In this document: one piece after another, positions 1-10,731 of the stretch | Layout of the letters: each line of letters begins with the position of its first letter | Position numbering within the stretch: position 1 is the first letter of the stretch | Assembly: GCA_964187785.1 (NCBI GenBank) | Contig: OZ076409.1 | Location: 72,356,001 to 72,420,000, forward strand | Reading direction: 5' to 3' | DNA length: 64,000 nucleotides | Source: Amphiscolops sp. MND2022 | Lineage: Eukaryota | Notes under the pieces: model-generated | What the model was told of the DNA's origin: nothing | Database searches by the model: none | The model's input: the letters and a program-made list of their open reading frames with translations, nothing else | Translations under genes and position numbers: made by a program

Positions 1-1200
1 TCGTGGCTGTGGCATTGCACTGAACACAATAGATGTAGAGTTTTTACATTTTTTGAAAATTCGACATTTTTGATTTTTTTTCACTACTATCAGTACACTA
101 TATGTCAAAAACACCTCTGAAAAAAATTATTATTTGCTTAAAATTGGAAACCTTGGTATCCATGGTTTCTGTCGGAACCTACTCGCTGCCAAACACCCAA
201 CAGTTTGCATCCAATGTGAATTTAAAATTTTTTTCGAGGTCATAAGGGTTTCACAAGGTTTTCATAACCTAGTATTAAACTACAAACTGGTCATTTTCAA
301 CATAATATCTTTGTCGAGGCATGTCGGATATAGTCCTATTGCTCACGAACGGTCCTACTGGCAACGTAATAACCATTTATAGAAATGTAAAGTTATAAAA
401 AAATTTTTTCACCCGGTCTTCAGTCATTTTTCAGTCATTCGGAACTTAACTTAGAAAAATTTCGACCAAAATATCCATTTTTTGTCAGGTCGAAAAATCA
501 AATTAGGAATTTTAAGCAAAATTATTAACTCTGACGTAACCCATGGGGCCCATGATACTCAAAACAACGATTGACACTGGTATCAATGGCTCCAATAACA
601 TATGAGTCGCGATAAGACGTTATTTTGAACATTACGTCTCAATTGAGGTAAAGATCTCGCAAGCCAGCGATCACTGTGAAATGTGATTTCATCAAAAATT
701 TACTCCTTTTTGTCAATCACTATGTGCACAGAATGCGTAGGGTGCGTTTCAGCACTATAATGAGGTTTTTGAAGGCATCGAGTTGCTCAAAGGATGGTAT
801 GAGACATTTTTGTCCCATATACTACTGTATTTTCCAAAATTTTTAGCCCAATATCTGGAAATACAAACTTAACAAAATACTTTCAACTACTTTATTCAGA
901 GGTTACAATATAGATGAACACTGTGGTTGATCAGAAACTTTCATCTCTTTCGTTTTCCGAAATATTTCCCTTCGCATGTGTTACATTCGTAGCAGAAAAA
1001 AAAATCGAAACTGAAAAATACGCAATTTTGCTAATATAGAATCGCACTGATTGTGCCTAAAAACTCTTTAAACACTTCTAACGCAACCTTAGGCACCGAA
1101 AATGATCGAAAATGCTATTCACAATGGTGACATGTGCTCTTTCTACGATCCTGGCTGGACAAGGTTTGCATATTTTTCAAGTACCTGTCAGCTAAATCTT

Positions 1201-1248
1201 GTGATAGCCTTTTCAGTTGGCCTTGTGTCAACTTGGGAAGGCTATCAC
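1201..1248 (+). other. Long bulged hairpin, GATAGCC class (representative; in A and C units)
   Basis: GTGATAGCCTT...AAGGCTATCAC outer stem plus an AGTTG/CAACT inner stem. Confidence 0.8.
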
Positions 1249-1573
1249 ATCAAAAAACCATCAACAAAAATAATTTTTGTTTATTGGATCTTACAGTCGA
1301 TACTTTTTTTCGTGATTCTATACTACCGTTAGTATATTTCATCAGGTCACCTTACGATTGCATTCAGTCTTTGATAAAAACCTATGAACTCAAAGTCACA
1401 TTTATATATTTTTTGGCCAAAAAAACATCAAAAATATCTAAAATATATAAAATAGAGTCTTTAACATTTTTACGTTTCAAGTTTTTGCCGTTATTAAGCC
1501 AATCAACTTCCTACAGCCACGCTCTCTGTCATACTGTACAACGCCACATAGTGTTGCGACGTGCACAGTCTGT

Positions 1574-1593
1574 GGGCATGCCGAGGCATGCCC
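1574..1593. promoter_or_regulatory. Conserved 20-bp palindrome matching the p53-family response element consensus (representative; one per unit end)
   Basis: GGGCATGCCG|AGGCATGCCC matches RRRCWWGYYY x2 at 19 of 20 positions with zero spacer. It is present before all 25 junctions. Function is not demonstrated. Confidence 0.45.
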
Positions 1594-1615
1594 TTCGACG
1601 ACGTATGCCGAATAC

Positions 1616-1645
1616 CGCGGGCCTACGCCCGCGCTCCCCGGCTAG
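1616..1645 (+). other. Helitron-type 3' terminus: GC-rich hairpin plus CTAG (representative)
   Basis: A 7-bp stem lies 8 nt upstream of CTAG. Canonical Helitrons end in a subterminal hairpin followed by CTRR. Confidence 0.7.
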
Positions 1646-3634
1646 GTGGGCGGGGGTAATTCCCCAACAAAAATTACGGCCGGCGGGTTGGGTCCTGCCG
1701 GACGTTCAAATAGCGCGAAGCATCTAGTAGAAAACAAGGAGTCCTGAAACAGCGATTTTAAAATTGAACCGTTAGAATTTGGTTTTAGATTGCAAGCGGC
1801 CCTAAAATCCCCATACGAATGGAAGTTCCTGCTGGCGTTAAGCGATTGAAATAATATATAAAAAGTTATGGCCCATTTTTGGGTCACCGAGAAGGTCAAA
1901 ATGAAGAAAATTTTAACTAAGTTGCTGATAACTCAAAATGTGTTAATTTTTGGACTTTGACTGTGAAACAAGCTTGGAACCTTCATTTCGTGGCTGTGGC
2001 ATTGCACTGAACACAAAAGATGTAAAGTTTTCACATTTTTTGAAAATTCGACATTTTTGAATTTTTTTTCACTACTATCAGTACACTATATGTCAAAAAC
2101 ACCTCTGAAAAATTTTTTTATTTGCTTAAATTTAGAAACCTTGGTATCCATGGTTTCCGTCAGTACCTACTCGCTGCCAAACACTCAACAGTTTGCATCC
2201 AATGTGAAAATAAAATTTTTTTCGAGGTCTTAGGTGTTTCACAAGGATTTCTCAACTTAGTATCAATTTACAAATTGGTCATTTTGAACACATTATTTTC
2301 ATCGAAGCGTGTCATATACCGCCCTAATGCTCACGAACGGGCCTACTGGCAACGTTGGAACCATTTATAGTAATAAAAAGTTTTAAAAAAATTTTTTCAC
2401 CCCGTCTTCAGTCATTTTACACACTTTCGGAACTTAACTTAGAAAAATTTCAACCAAAAACCCATTTTTTGTCAAGTCGAAAATTCAAATTCAGCTTTTT
2501 AAGCAAAATAAATAAATCTGACATAACCACTGGGGCCCATGAAACTCAAAACCACGATTGAGACTGGTATCAATGGCTCCAATAACATATGAGTCGCGAT
2601 AAGACGCTATTTTGAGCAAAACATCTCAATTGAGGTAAAGATCTCGCAAGCCAGCGATCACTGTGAAATGTGATTTCATCAAAAATTTACTCTTTTTTGT
2701 CAATCACTATGTGCACAGAATGCGTAGGGTGCGTTTCAGCACTATAATGAGGTTTTTGAAGGCATCGAGTTGCTCAAGGGGTGGTATGAGACATTTTTGT
2801 CCCATATACTACTGTAGTTTCCAAAATTTTTACCCCAACATCTGAAAATACAAACTTGACAAAATACTTTCAACTACTTTATTCAAAGGTTACAATATAG
2901 ATGAACACTGTGGTTGATAAGAAACTTTCATCTCTTTCGTTTTCGGAAATATTTCCGTTCGCATGTGTTACATTCATAGCAGAAAAAAAAATCGAAACTG
3001 AAAAATACGCTATTTTGCTGATATAGAATCGCAATGATTGTGCCTAAAAACTCTTTAAACACTTCTAACGCAACCTTACGCACCCAAAATGATCGAAAAT
3101 GCTATTCACAATGGTGACATGTGCTCTTTCTACAATCCTGGCTGGACAAGGTTTGCATATTTTTCAAGTACCTGTCAGCTAAATCTTGTGATAGCCTTTT
3201 CAGTTGGCCTTGTGTCAACTTGGGAAGGCTATCACATCAAAAAATCATCAACAAAAATAATTTTTGTTTATTGGATCTTACAGTCGATACTTTTTTTCGT
3301 GATTCTATACTACCGTTAGTATATTTCATCAGGTCACCTTACGATTGCATTCAGTCTTTGATAAAAACCTATGAACTCAAAGTCACATTTATATATTTTT
3401 TTGCCAGAAAATAACATCAAAAATATCTAAAATATATAAAATAGAGTCTTTAACATTTTTACGTTTCAAGTTTTTGCCGTTATTAGGCCAATCAACGTCC
3501 TAGAGCCACATCCTGCCACATACTGTACAACGCCACATAGTGTTGCGACGTGCACAGTCTGTGGGCATGCCGAGGCATGCCCTTCGACGACGTATGCCGA
3601 ATACCGCGGGCCTACGCCCGCGCTCCCCGGCTAG
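1646..3634 (+). mobile_element. Unit 2, family A (1989 bp)
   Basis: Starts GTGGGCGGGGGTAATTCCCC and ends hairpin+CTAG. Appears identical to unit 7 (offset 14781; the ORF-track translations are identical). Confidence 0.8.
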
Positions 3635-4901
3635 GTGGCCGCGTCTTTTAGATGGACTTTTAGCCCTGAGGCGCGGGTAGGGTCCTGCGCCGAAACAGAG
3701 AAATTATACTACTGCACATAGCCCCGGTCCAGACACGATCTCGAAAACTGACCGTTAGAAATTCCTGAAAATTTGCATGTGGCCCCCAATTGGCGAGCAA
3801 TGAAAAAGTGTAGGAGGTCGTTTTTCCCAAATTCCACTGTGAGAGGAGATATATGAAAAAAACGGACCCCAAAATGACGAAATTTTCACTTTTTGACCAA
3901 AAATGTGACATTATCTCCTCAGACAAGGCTCGGAGCAAAATTTGACAGAACCCAAACCTGCAGCAGACTGTTAGAGCAGTGCACACAGTAAGTTTCAAGG
4001 AAATCGGATAATCACATGTGGAGAAATTGACGTTCTTCCGGCGAAATTTTTCGCAAATGCAGTCTATCTCTGCCGTTTTTTGCCCAAAATTTTTCCGAGA
4101 CCCTCTCCTAAAGGCCTCCCCTGGCCCAATTTCTTCCCAAAAAAACCATTTGGCCCTAAATACGAGGTTTCAGCGTTCCAGCATTCCCCAGTGAAAAGTT
4201 ATGGGACTTAGAAATTTTTCAAATATTTTCAAATTTTTTCTAAAAAAGTTCAGGCCGCCCAAAGTGAAGAAACTTCCACACAACTAGTATTGCAAGTGAA
4301 TGCATGTGGAAAGCCCTGCACTTGACCAGAAAAATGCCGTTTAGAACGTCTTTTTATCTTTACTTGATGTTGACTTATGATCTTTTGAGTAACGTATAAC
4401 ACGTGATCACAGTAGTGAAAATCCTAATCAATAATTTTCAAACAATAACGCATGAAAAGAATCTGGAAAGGTTCCGATGGGTCAGTCGGGATGTCTGAAG
4501 CATGTGTACATTCCCGTAGTGTATAGCGGATGTTTTGGGACTTATTAGAAATTGTGATATATTTTATAAAAGTCTTTGTTTCTCATAGAATCTCATGCAG
4601 TTGAGTACATTCCATCTCCCTCTCAGGGGAGATGTGAATGTACGTTTGCCAAATGCCTTGTAAAGTTCACATGTTTGATGGACTTAACTAAAAAAACAAG
4701 TGTGAGTTGCGTTTGCCGAATCGCTACAGCAAAAAATACTAAAACTTTAGTCAGATTGAATGGTTTTTGTCTTTAGTGTTTCTTCTTGTATAGCCGACTT
4801 CCACATCCAATTATCAACGCCCACCGTCCGTAGGCATGCCGAGGCATGCCTTTCGACGACGTATGCCAAATACCCAATGCCACACAGTCTTTCCCCGCTA
4901 G
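3635..4901 (+). mobile_element. Unit 3, short family S1 (1267 bp)
   Basis: Starts GTGGCCGCG. Stem GGCGC/GCGCC flanks GGGTAGGGTCCT. GTACATTC hairpin at 4605-4643, A/T variant palindrome at 4832-4851, ends GCTAG. Confidence 0.75.
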
Positions 4902-6893
4902 GTGCGGGGGGGAAACCCCTTCCTTTATCTTGGAGGATTCGGGTAGGGTCCTGAATCCGAGTTCAGTGCCGCCAGCTCTCAGTAGAAATCTGGGCATTTT
5001 TTTGCGATCTCGTGATCTAACCATAGGATTTTAAAGTTGGAGCGGCCCCCACCAGATTTTCCAAAGTTATTCGCCCCCCACCGGGTTCCAGCGTGATTGA
5101 AATATTTTGTCGGGGTACACGGGCGACCGTTAGGGGTCATTTTAGGGGTAAAATTTATATAATGTCGCATAACTTTTTTCCTGTTGGATTAAAACTTTGG
5201 GACCCTGCTAAAAGTTTCTTGACCGTGTTGCGGGGGCTCCGGAGGTCCAAACCAAATTTTTCTATCTTGAAGCTATCTCCAAGTACCCCCCCGCCCAAAC
5301 CGTTATTTTTCCGGAAACGCAGGTTTTTGACCCGGAAGGAGTCGTCTGAGCGCGGGGTCGTTAGGTGATGTATTGGGGACGGCCTTGAGACGAAGCGGGG
5401 GACATGTAATTTGCCGACCCCAGTTTACCCCCCGGACGGAAAATGACCGTTATATGAGCGGGATAAATGCCCCCCTCCACGTTTTACCGCTATTTCCGAT
5501 GGGAAGGAGTGGGAGTAACGCTTCGGGTGCCATATATCAAAAGTAGGTTTAGACAAGGACCTATCGGAAACATGTGGTTTGGGACCCCCTGACCCAACCC
5601 GTTAGCGGGAAATGGGGCTTCAGCCTCCTTTTTTTACAGTTAAAACCGGAAAATGGGCATTGAGGGGTAAATATCTCGTGAACGCGTGGAGCAATCGTGT
5701 CCATCACTACTACAAGGTTTCATACCCATGATATGGTGCCTTCAGGGGGGCAAACAGATTTCCGCTATCTATCACCGTTACGGACTTGGCCCCCCAGCCT
5801 AACCGCTATGTGACCGGAAATGTCACTTTTTGAGCCCAAAGGGTCAGTCCGAGCGCGGCATGGTTAGCTAACTTATTGTAGTACTCAATGAGACGAGTTG
5901 GGGGATATAGTTTCAGTCACCCCCCGTTACCCCTTGTGACCGGAAATGACCGTTATGTGGGTAAAAATGCGATTTTTGTACTTTTTGAAGGGCATTTAGG
6001 TGCGGAAGGAATGGTAAAAGGTGCTTGGACACTATATGATGTAATGGAGGTCGTGAGGAGAGCATTCGGAAGTAACCGTTACGTTGACCCCAAAGTCCCC
6101 CTGGTACCGTTAACAACCGGAAATGGCCAAATTTTGTGTTTATAGGGTACAAATGTTTGGTATTTTATGGATAAAAGTACCTGGAAGGTGTTTTAAAGGC
6201 CTCCAGAAGTGAACATAGTCATGAAACTTTGTGGGGGGTAACGGTATATAGCACCGGAAGTCCAAACCGTTAGTTACAGAATAGGTTTTTTGGTTTCAAA
6301 ATGTCTTTAGGCGTAGTTTTGTGGGTTGAATCGTCATAATATCAACTAATACGGACTTTTTTCGGAAATAAAATTTTTTCACATTAGTTTCAGGGACCTC
6401 CAATGTTTCAGTCAACATAACCGTTACATTTTGATAGCCTTTCAAGTTGGCCTGGTGTCAACTTGGAAGGGCTATCCTTCTAAAATCGTTAATCAAGAGT
6501 GTTTTTGGGTAGGTATATGTTGCATTAGTACCAATTAGAGCTTCATCAACAGTTTGCCAACGGCAAAAACGATGTCGTGATAATTCCGTTATAAGAATAT
6601 TAATTAACAAATTGTTTCCAAAGTTGATTTTTTCCATTCGAAATGTGTCCCAATGCCACCAAATTGAATAAAATAATAAATGGTATTGACTAAAACTAAA
6701 TAACATTGAAAAAGAAGCTCAACATTTTTAATAGGTCTCATAATGGAAGCTGAAACCTCACGTTTTAACTTAATTAACGTCAACGCCACATACTTTACAT
6801 CAACGTCCGCCGTCTGTGGGCATGCCGAGGCATGCCCTTCGACGACGTATACCAATTACATATATATCTACACCCACCCGCGGTAGCAGCTAG
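4902..6893 (+). mobile_element. Unit 4, GC-richer family C (1992 bp)
   Basis: Starts GTGCGGGGGGGAAACCCC. Body is homologous to units 17, 23 and 25 but not recognisably to family A. GATAGCC hairpin at 6433-6476, palindrome at 6818-6837. Confidence 0.75.
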
Positions 6894-9130
6894 GTGGGCG
6901 GGGGTAATTCCCCAACAAAAAAATCGGCCGGCGGGTCGGGTCCTGCCGGCCGTCCAAAATCAAAATCCTCCTAGTAGAAAACGGCATGTCAAACGAGCTA
7001 TTTTTTTATTTAACCATACGAATTTCACCATTTTTTGCATGCGGCCCTGAAATGGCCATACGAGACGAAGTTCCTGCTGACGTTTTGCGATGTAAATGTT
7101 TTATAAAAAGTTATGGCCTATTTGTCATTCACCTAGAAGGGTAAAATGAGGAAAATTTTAGCAAAGTCGCTGATAACTCAAAATGTGTTAATTTTTGGAC
7201 TTTGACTGTGAAACAAGCTTGGAACCTTCATTTCGTGGCTGGGGCATTGGACTGAACACAAAAGATGTAAAGTTTTTACGTTTTTTGAAAATTCGACATT
7301 TTTGAAATTTTTTTCACTACTATCAGTACCCCATATGTCAAAAACACCTCAGAAAAAAATTTTTATTTGCTTTAAATTGGAAACCTTGGTATCCATGGTT
7401 TCTGTCGGGACCTACTCGCAGCCAAACACTTAACAGTTTGCATCCAATGTGAAAAGAAAATTTTTTTCGGGGTCATAAGCGTTTCACAAGGATTTCTCAA
7501 CTTAGTATCTATTTACAAATTGGTCATTTTGAACACATTATTTTCATCGAAGCGTGTCAGATACCACCCTAATGCTCACGAATGGGCCTACTGGCAACGT
7601 TGGAACCATTTTTAGTAATAGAAAGTATTAAAAAAATATTTTCACCCGGTCTTCAGTCATTTTTCAGACATTCGGTACTTAACTTAGAAAAATTTCGCAT
7701 CAAAAACCCATATTTGGTAGGGTCGAAATTTGAAATTCAGTTTTTTATGCAAAATTATTAACTCTGACGTAACCAGTGGAGCCCATGATACTCAAAATCA
7801 CGATTGGGACTGGTATCAGTGGCTCCAATAACATATGAGCCGCGATAAGACGTTATTCAGAGCAAACGCTCTAAATCGAAGTAAACATCTCTGAAGCCTG
7901 GGATCACAGTGAAATGTGATATCACCAAAAGTTTACTCTTTTTTGTCAATCACTATGTACACAGAGTGCGTAGGGTGAGTTTCAGGACTATAATGAGGTT
8001 TTTGAAGTAATCGCGCTGCTCAAGGGGTGGTATGAGACTATTTTTTCCCATATACTACTACATTTCCATAAATTTGCAGTCCATTGTCTTGGAAAGATAA
8101 CTTCACAAAAACAATTTTTGTACTCTATTCAGTTATTAGAATAAAGTTGAACACTGTGGTTGATCAGAAATGCTCAATTCTTTTGGTTTTTAAAAAAATT
8201 CCTTCGCATTCGTTACATTTGTGGAAGGAAGGTTATCAGTAGCTCCAAAAAAAAACGAAATTTAGCACGAACAGACATGCAACGATGCAAAGCAAAAACG
8301 TTTTTACAACTTCCGACGTCATTATTTTACCCAAGAAGATTGAAAATATCATTCGCAATGCTGTCATTCGCTATATATACGATCGCGGTCAATTTACAAA
8401 CATTTAGATTTCATTGTTCTGCTTGAAAACCAATTTTTGTCAGGTCGAAATTTTAAATTTTGCCTGGGGAGCAATACCCTTCACGCTGAAGTAAACAGTG
8501 GGGCCCAAGTTACTCAAAAACAAGAAAGAGACTGCTACAATATGTCCTAATAACATATGGACCACGATAGTACACTTTTCACACAAAAAACTCTCATCCG
8601 AAGTAAATATGTTGAAAGCTTTTAATCACCGTGAGAAGTGATTTCATCAAAAAGTAACTCTTTTTTGTCAATCACTATTTACACAGAATTTGTAAAGTTA
8701 GTTTGAGTCATGAAATGAGGCTTTACCGTAATATGGGTTGCTCAAGGTGTTATATAAGACAAAAACTTCCTCTTTTCTACTAGCTTCTTCAAATATTTCA
8801 ACCCTTTGTCACAATAAGTTAATATTCAAAATATCTTTGAAATGTATCTTTATGTTGGGGTGAAGTCTAAGAACAATAACTATGATCGAAGAATGCTAGT
8901 ACTGGTGTTTGAACCATGTCCGGATGAACAAATCACAAAATCATCAAAAAATTGTTCCCTTTTTTGGTTATTTTGGCAGTACTAAAAATGTTAGCTGATA
9001 AATAATTTTTTCGATGGCACCATTGGATTCCTCTCAAAAAGTTGGTTATATGACCTGTGTAATAACCCCGTATCTTTTCAATTTAAATATATTTAAAAAG
9101 CCAACTATTTTGACCAAAATCCTAAAAATC

Positions 9131-10405
9131 ATACCATTTCCTAAAAATTTTCAAATGCACCCCATTTGACGTATAAGATAAGCACAGAAAACTATCATTT
9201 ACCGATCAACTCTACTCCCATTGTAGATTATTAGAATTTTGTTTAGAATGAATTTTGATGGATATTAAAAAAATTTTGAACCCTCCAAAAATGGGCCAAA
9301 ATTACACGAAAAAATTGACCTTAAAATACCAAAATGTCAAAAAATCATCAAAACCACGGCTTCTTGGGGTTCTATCAACTCCGCGTGGTCCACAGAGTAT
9401 GCTAAAACAGGATTTACCCGTTTTTGAGCAATATGTGAAAAAGCCGACATTTTTGGGAAAGAAAAACATACCATTTCCTAAAAAAATTCAAATGCACGTA
9501 ATTTGCCGTATTAGAATAGCACAGAAAACTATCACATACCAATCAACTCTACTTTCATTGCAGATGAACAGAATTTTGTTTAGAATAAATTTTACCGGAT
9601 AATAAAAAAATTTGAATCCTTCAAAAATGGGCCAAAATTACACGAAAAAATGGACCTTAAAAATTTAAAATGTCAAAAAATCGTCAAAACAACAGCTTCT
9701 TGGGGTTCTATCAACTCCACGAGGTCCACAGAGTATGCTAAAACAGGTTTTACCCGTTTTTGAGCAATATGTGAAAAAGCCGACATTTTTGGGAGAGAAA
9801 AACATACCATTTCCTAAAAAAATTCAAATGCACGCCATTTGCCGTATGAAAATAGCACAGAAAACTATCACATACCAATCAACTCTACTTTCATTGCAGA
9901 TGAACAGAATTTTGTTTAGAATAAATTTTACCGGATAATAAAAAAATTAGATTCCTTCTAAAATGGGCCAAAATTACACGAAAAAAAGGACCTTAAAATT
10001 TTAAAATGTCAAAAAATCATCAAAACCACGGCTTCTTGGGGTTCTATCAACTCCACGTGGTCCACAGAGTATGCTTTATAGAGAGAATAAAACCCGGTTT
10101 TACCCATCTTTGAGCAAAATGTGAAAATACCGACATTTTTGGAAAAGAAAAAAATACCATTTTCTAATAAATTTCAAATGCACGCCATTTGCTGTATGAG
10201 AATAACACAGAAAGCTGTCACATACCGATCAACTCTACTTCCATTGTAGATTATCAGAAGTTTGTTTTGAATAAATTTTGATGGTTAATAAAAATAATTG
10301 AATCCATCAAAAATGGGCCAAAATTACACGAAAAAATTGACCTTAAAATATCAAAATGTCAAAAAATCATCAAAACCACAGTTTCTTGGCGTTCTATCAA
10401 CTCCA
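9131..10405 (+). repeat. Internal ~336-bp tandem repeat, ~3.8 copies
   Basis: ATACCATTT anchor at 9131, 9468, 9804 and 10154. The third copy carries a ~14-bp insertion near 10076 that unit 15 lacks. End coordinate is approximate. Confidence 0.9.
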
Positions 10406-10688
10406 TATGATACCAAACCAGGTACTGCCAATCGTTTGAGTTATAATAAAAAAACGTCTTTTTTGGCAAGAATTCCATACCATAAATAATGTTCCATATA
10501 AGAAGCGAATCATTTCAGATATATACCCTGTTCATTTTTTTAATATTACCGATTATTAATTTAATAGATGTTTTGAATGTGAGCTTCCTAAAAGGTTCAG
10601 GTGTGATGTTACGTAAAGAGAACCTTAGTTTCATCGAAATCTCAATTGAATATGTCCAATCCTAACCATCAGATAACAAGAAACACTT

Positions 10689-10731
10689 AAGTACATTCCA
10701 TCTCCCCATCGGGGGAGATGAGAATGTACTT
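10689..10731 (+). other. Long bulged hairpin, GTACATTC class (representative; in L, S1 and S2 units)
   Basis: AAGTACATTC-CATCTCCCC-[ATCG]-GGGGAGATG-(A)-GAATGTACTT. Confidence 0.8.

Larger units (their letters stand above)
1..1645 (+). mobile_element. Unit 1, family A (5'-truncated by window)
   Basis: Body aligns with unit 2. GATAGCC hairpin at 1201-1248, palindrome at 1574-1593, terminal hairpin CGCGGGC-CTAC-GCCCGCG at 1616-1633, CTAG at 1642-1645. Confidence 0.75.

Noticed and set aside
1201..1248. Bacterial integron attC site
   Set aside because: It lacks RYYYAAC/GTTRRRY boxes, lies inside units rather than at the junctions, and there are no cassette ORFs or integrase. The integron comparison is an analogy only.
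1305..1350. Possible hammerhead ribozyme on the - strand (CTGATGA followed by a TATACTA/TAGTATA stem), which would suggest retrozymes
   Set aside because: The stem is followed by GAAT rather than GAAA and is offset from the core. CTGATGA is lost in many A copies (TTCCATGAGG, TTCCATCAGG), and no stems I/III are evident.
1560..1645. HDV-like ribozyme (GCATGCCTCGGCATG on the - strand resembles an engineered P4 stem)
   Set aside because: I could not build the nested double pseudoknot or the catalytic J4/2 segment. The resemblance is limited to one hairpin.
4941..4952. Telomeric repeat or G-quadruplex at GGGTAGGG
   Set aside because: It is a single non-tandem motif, the G runs are sequestered in a covarying stem, and there is no TTAGGG array.
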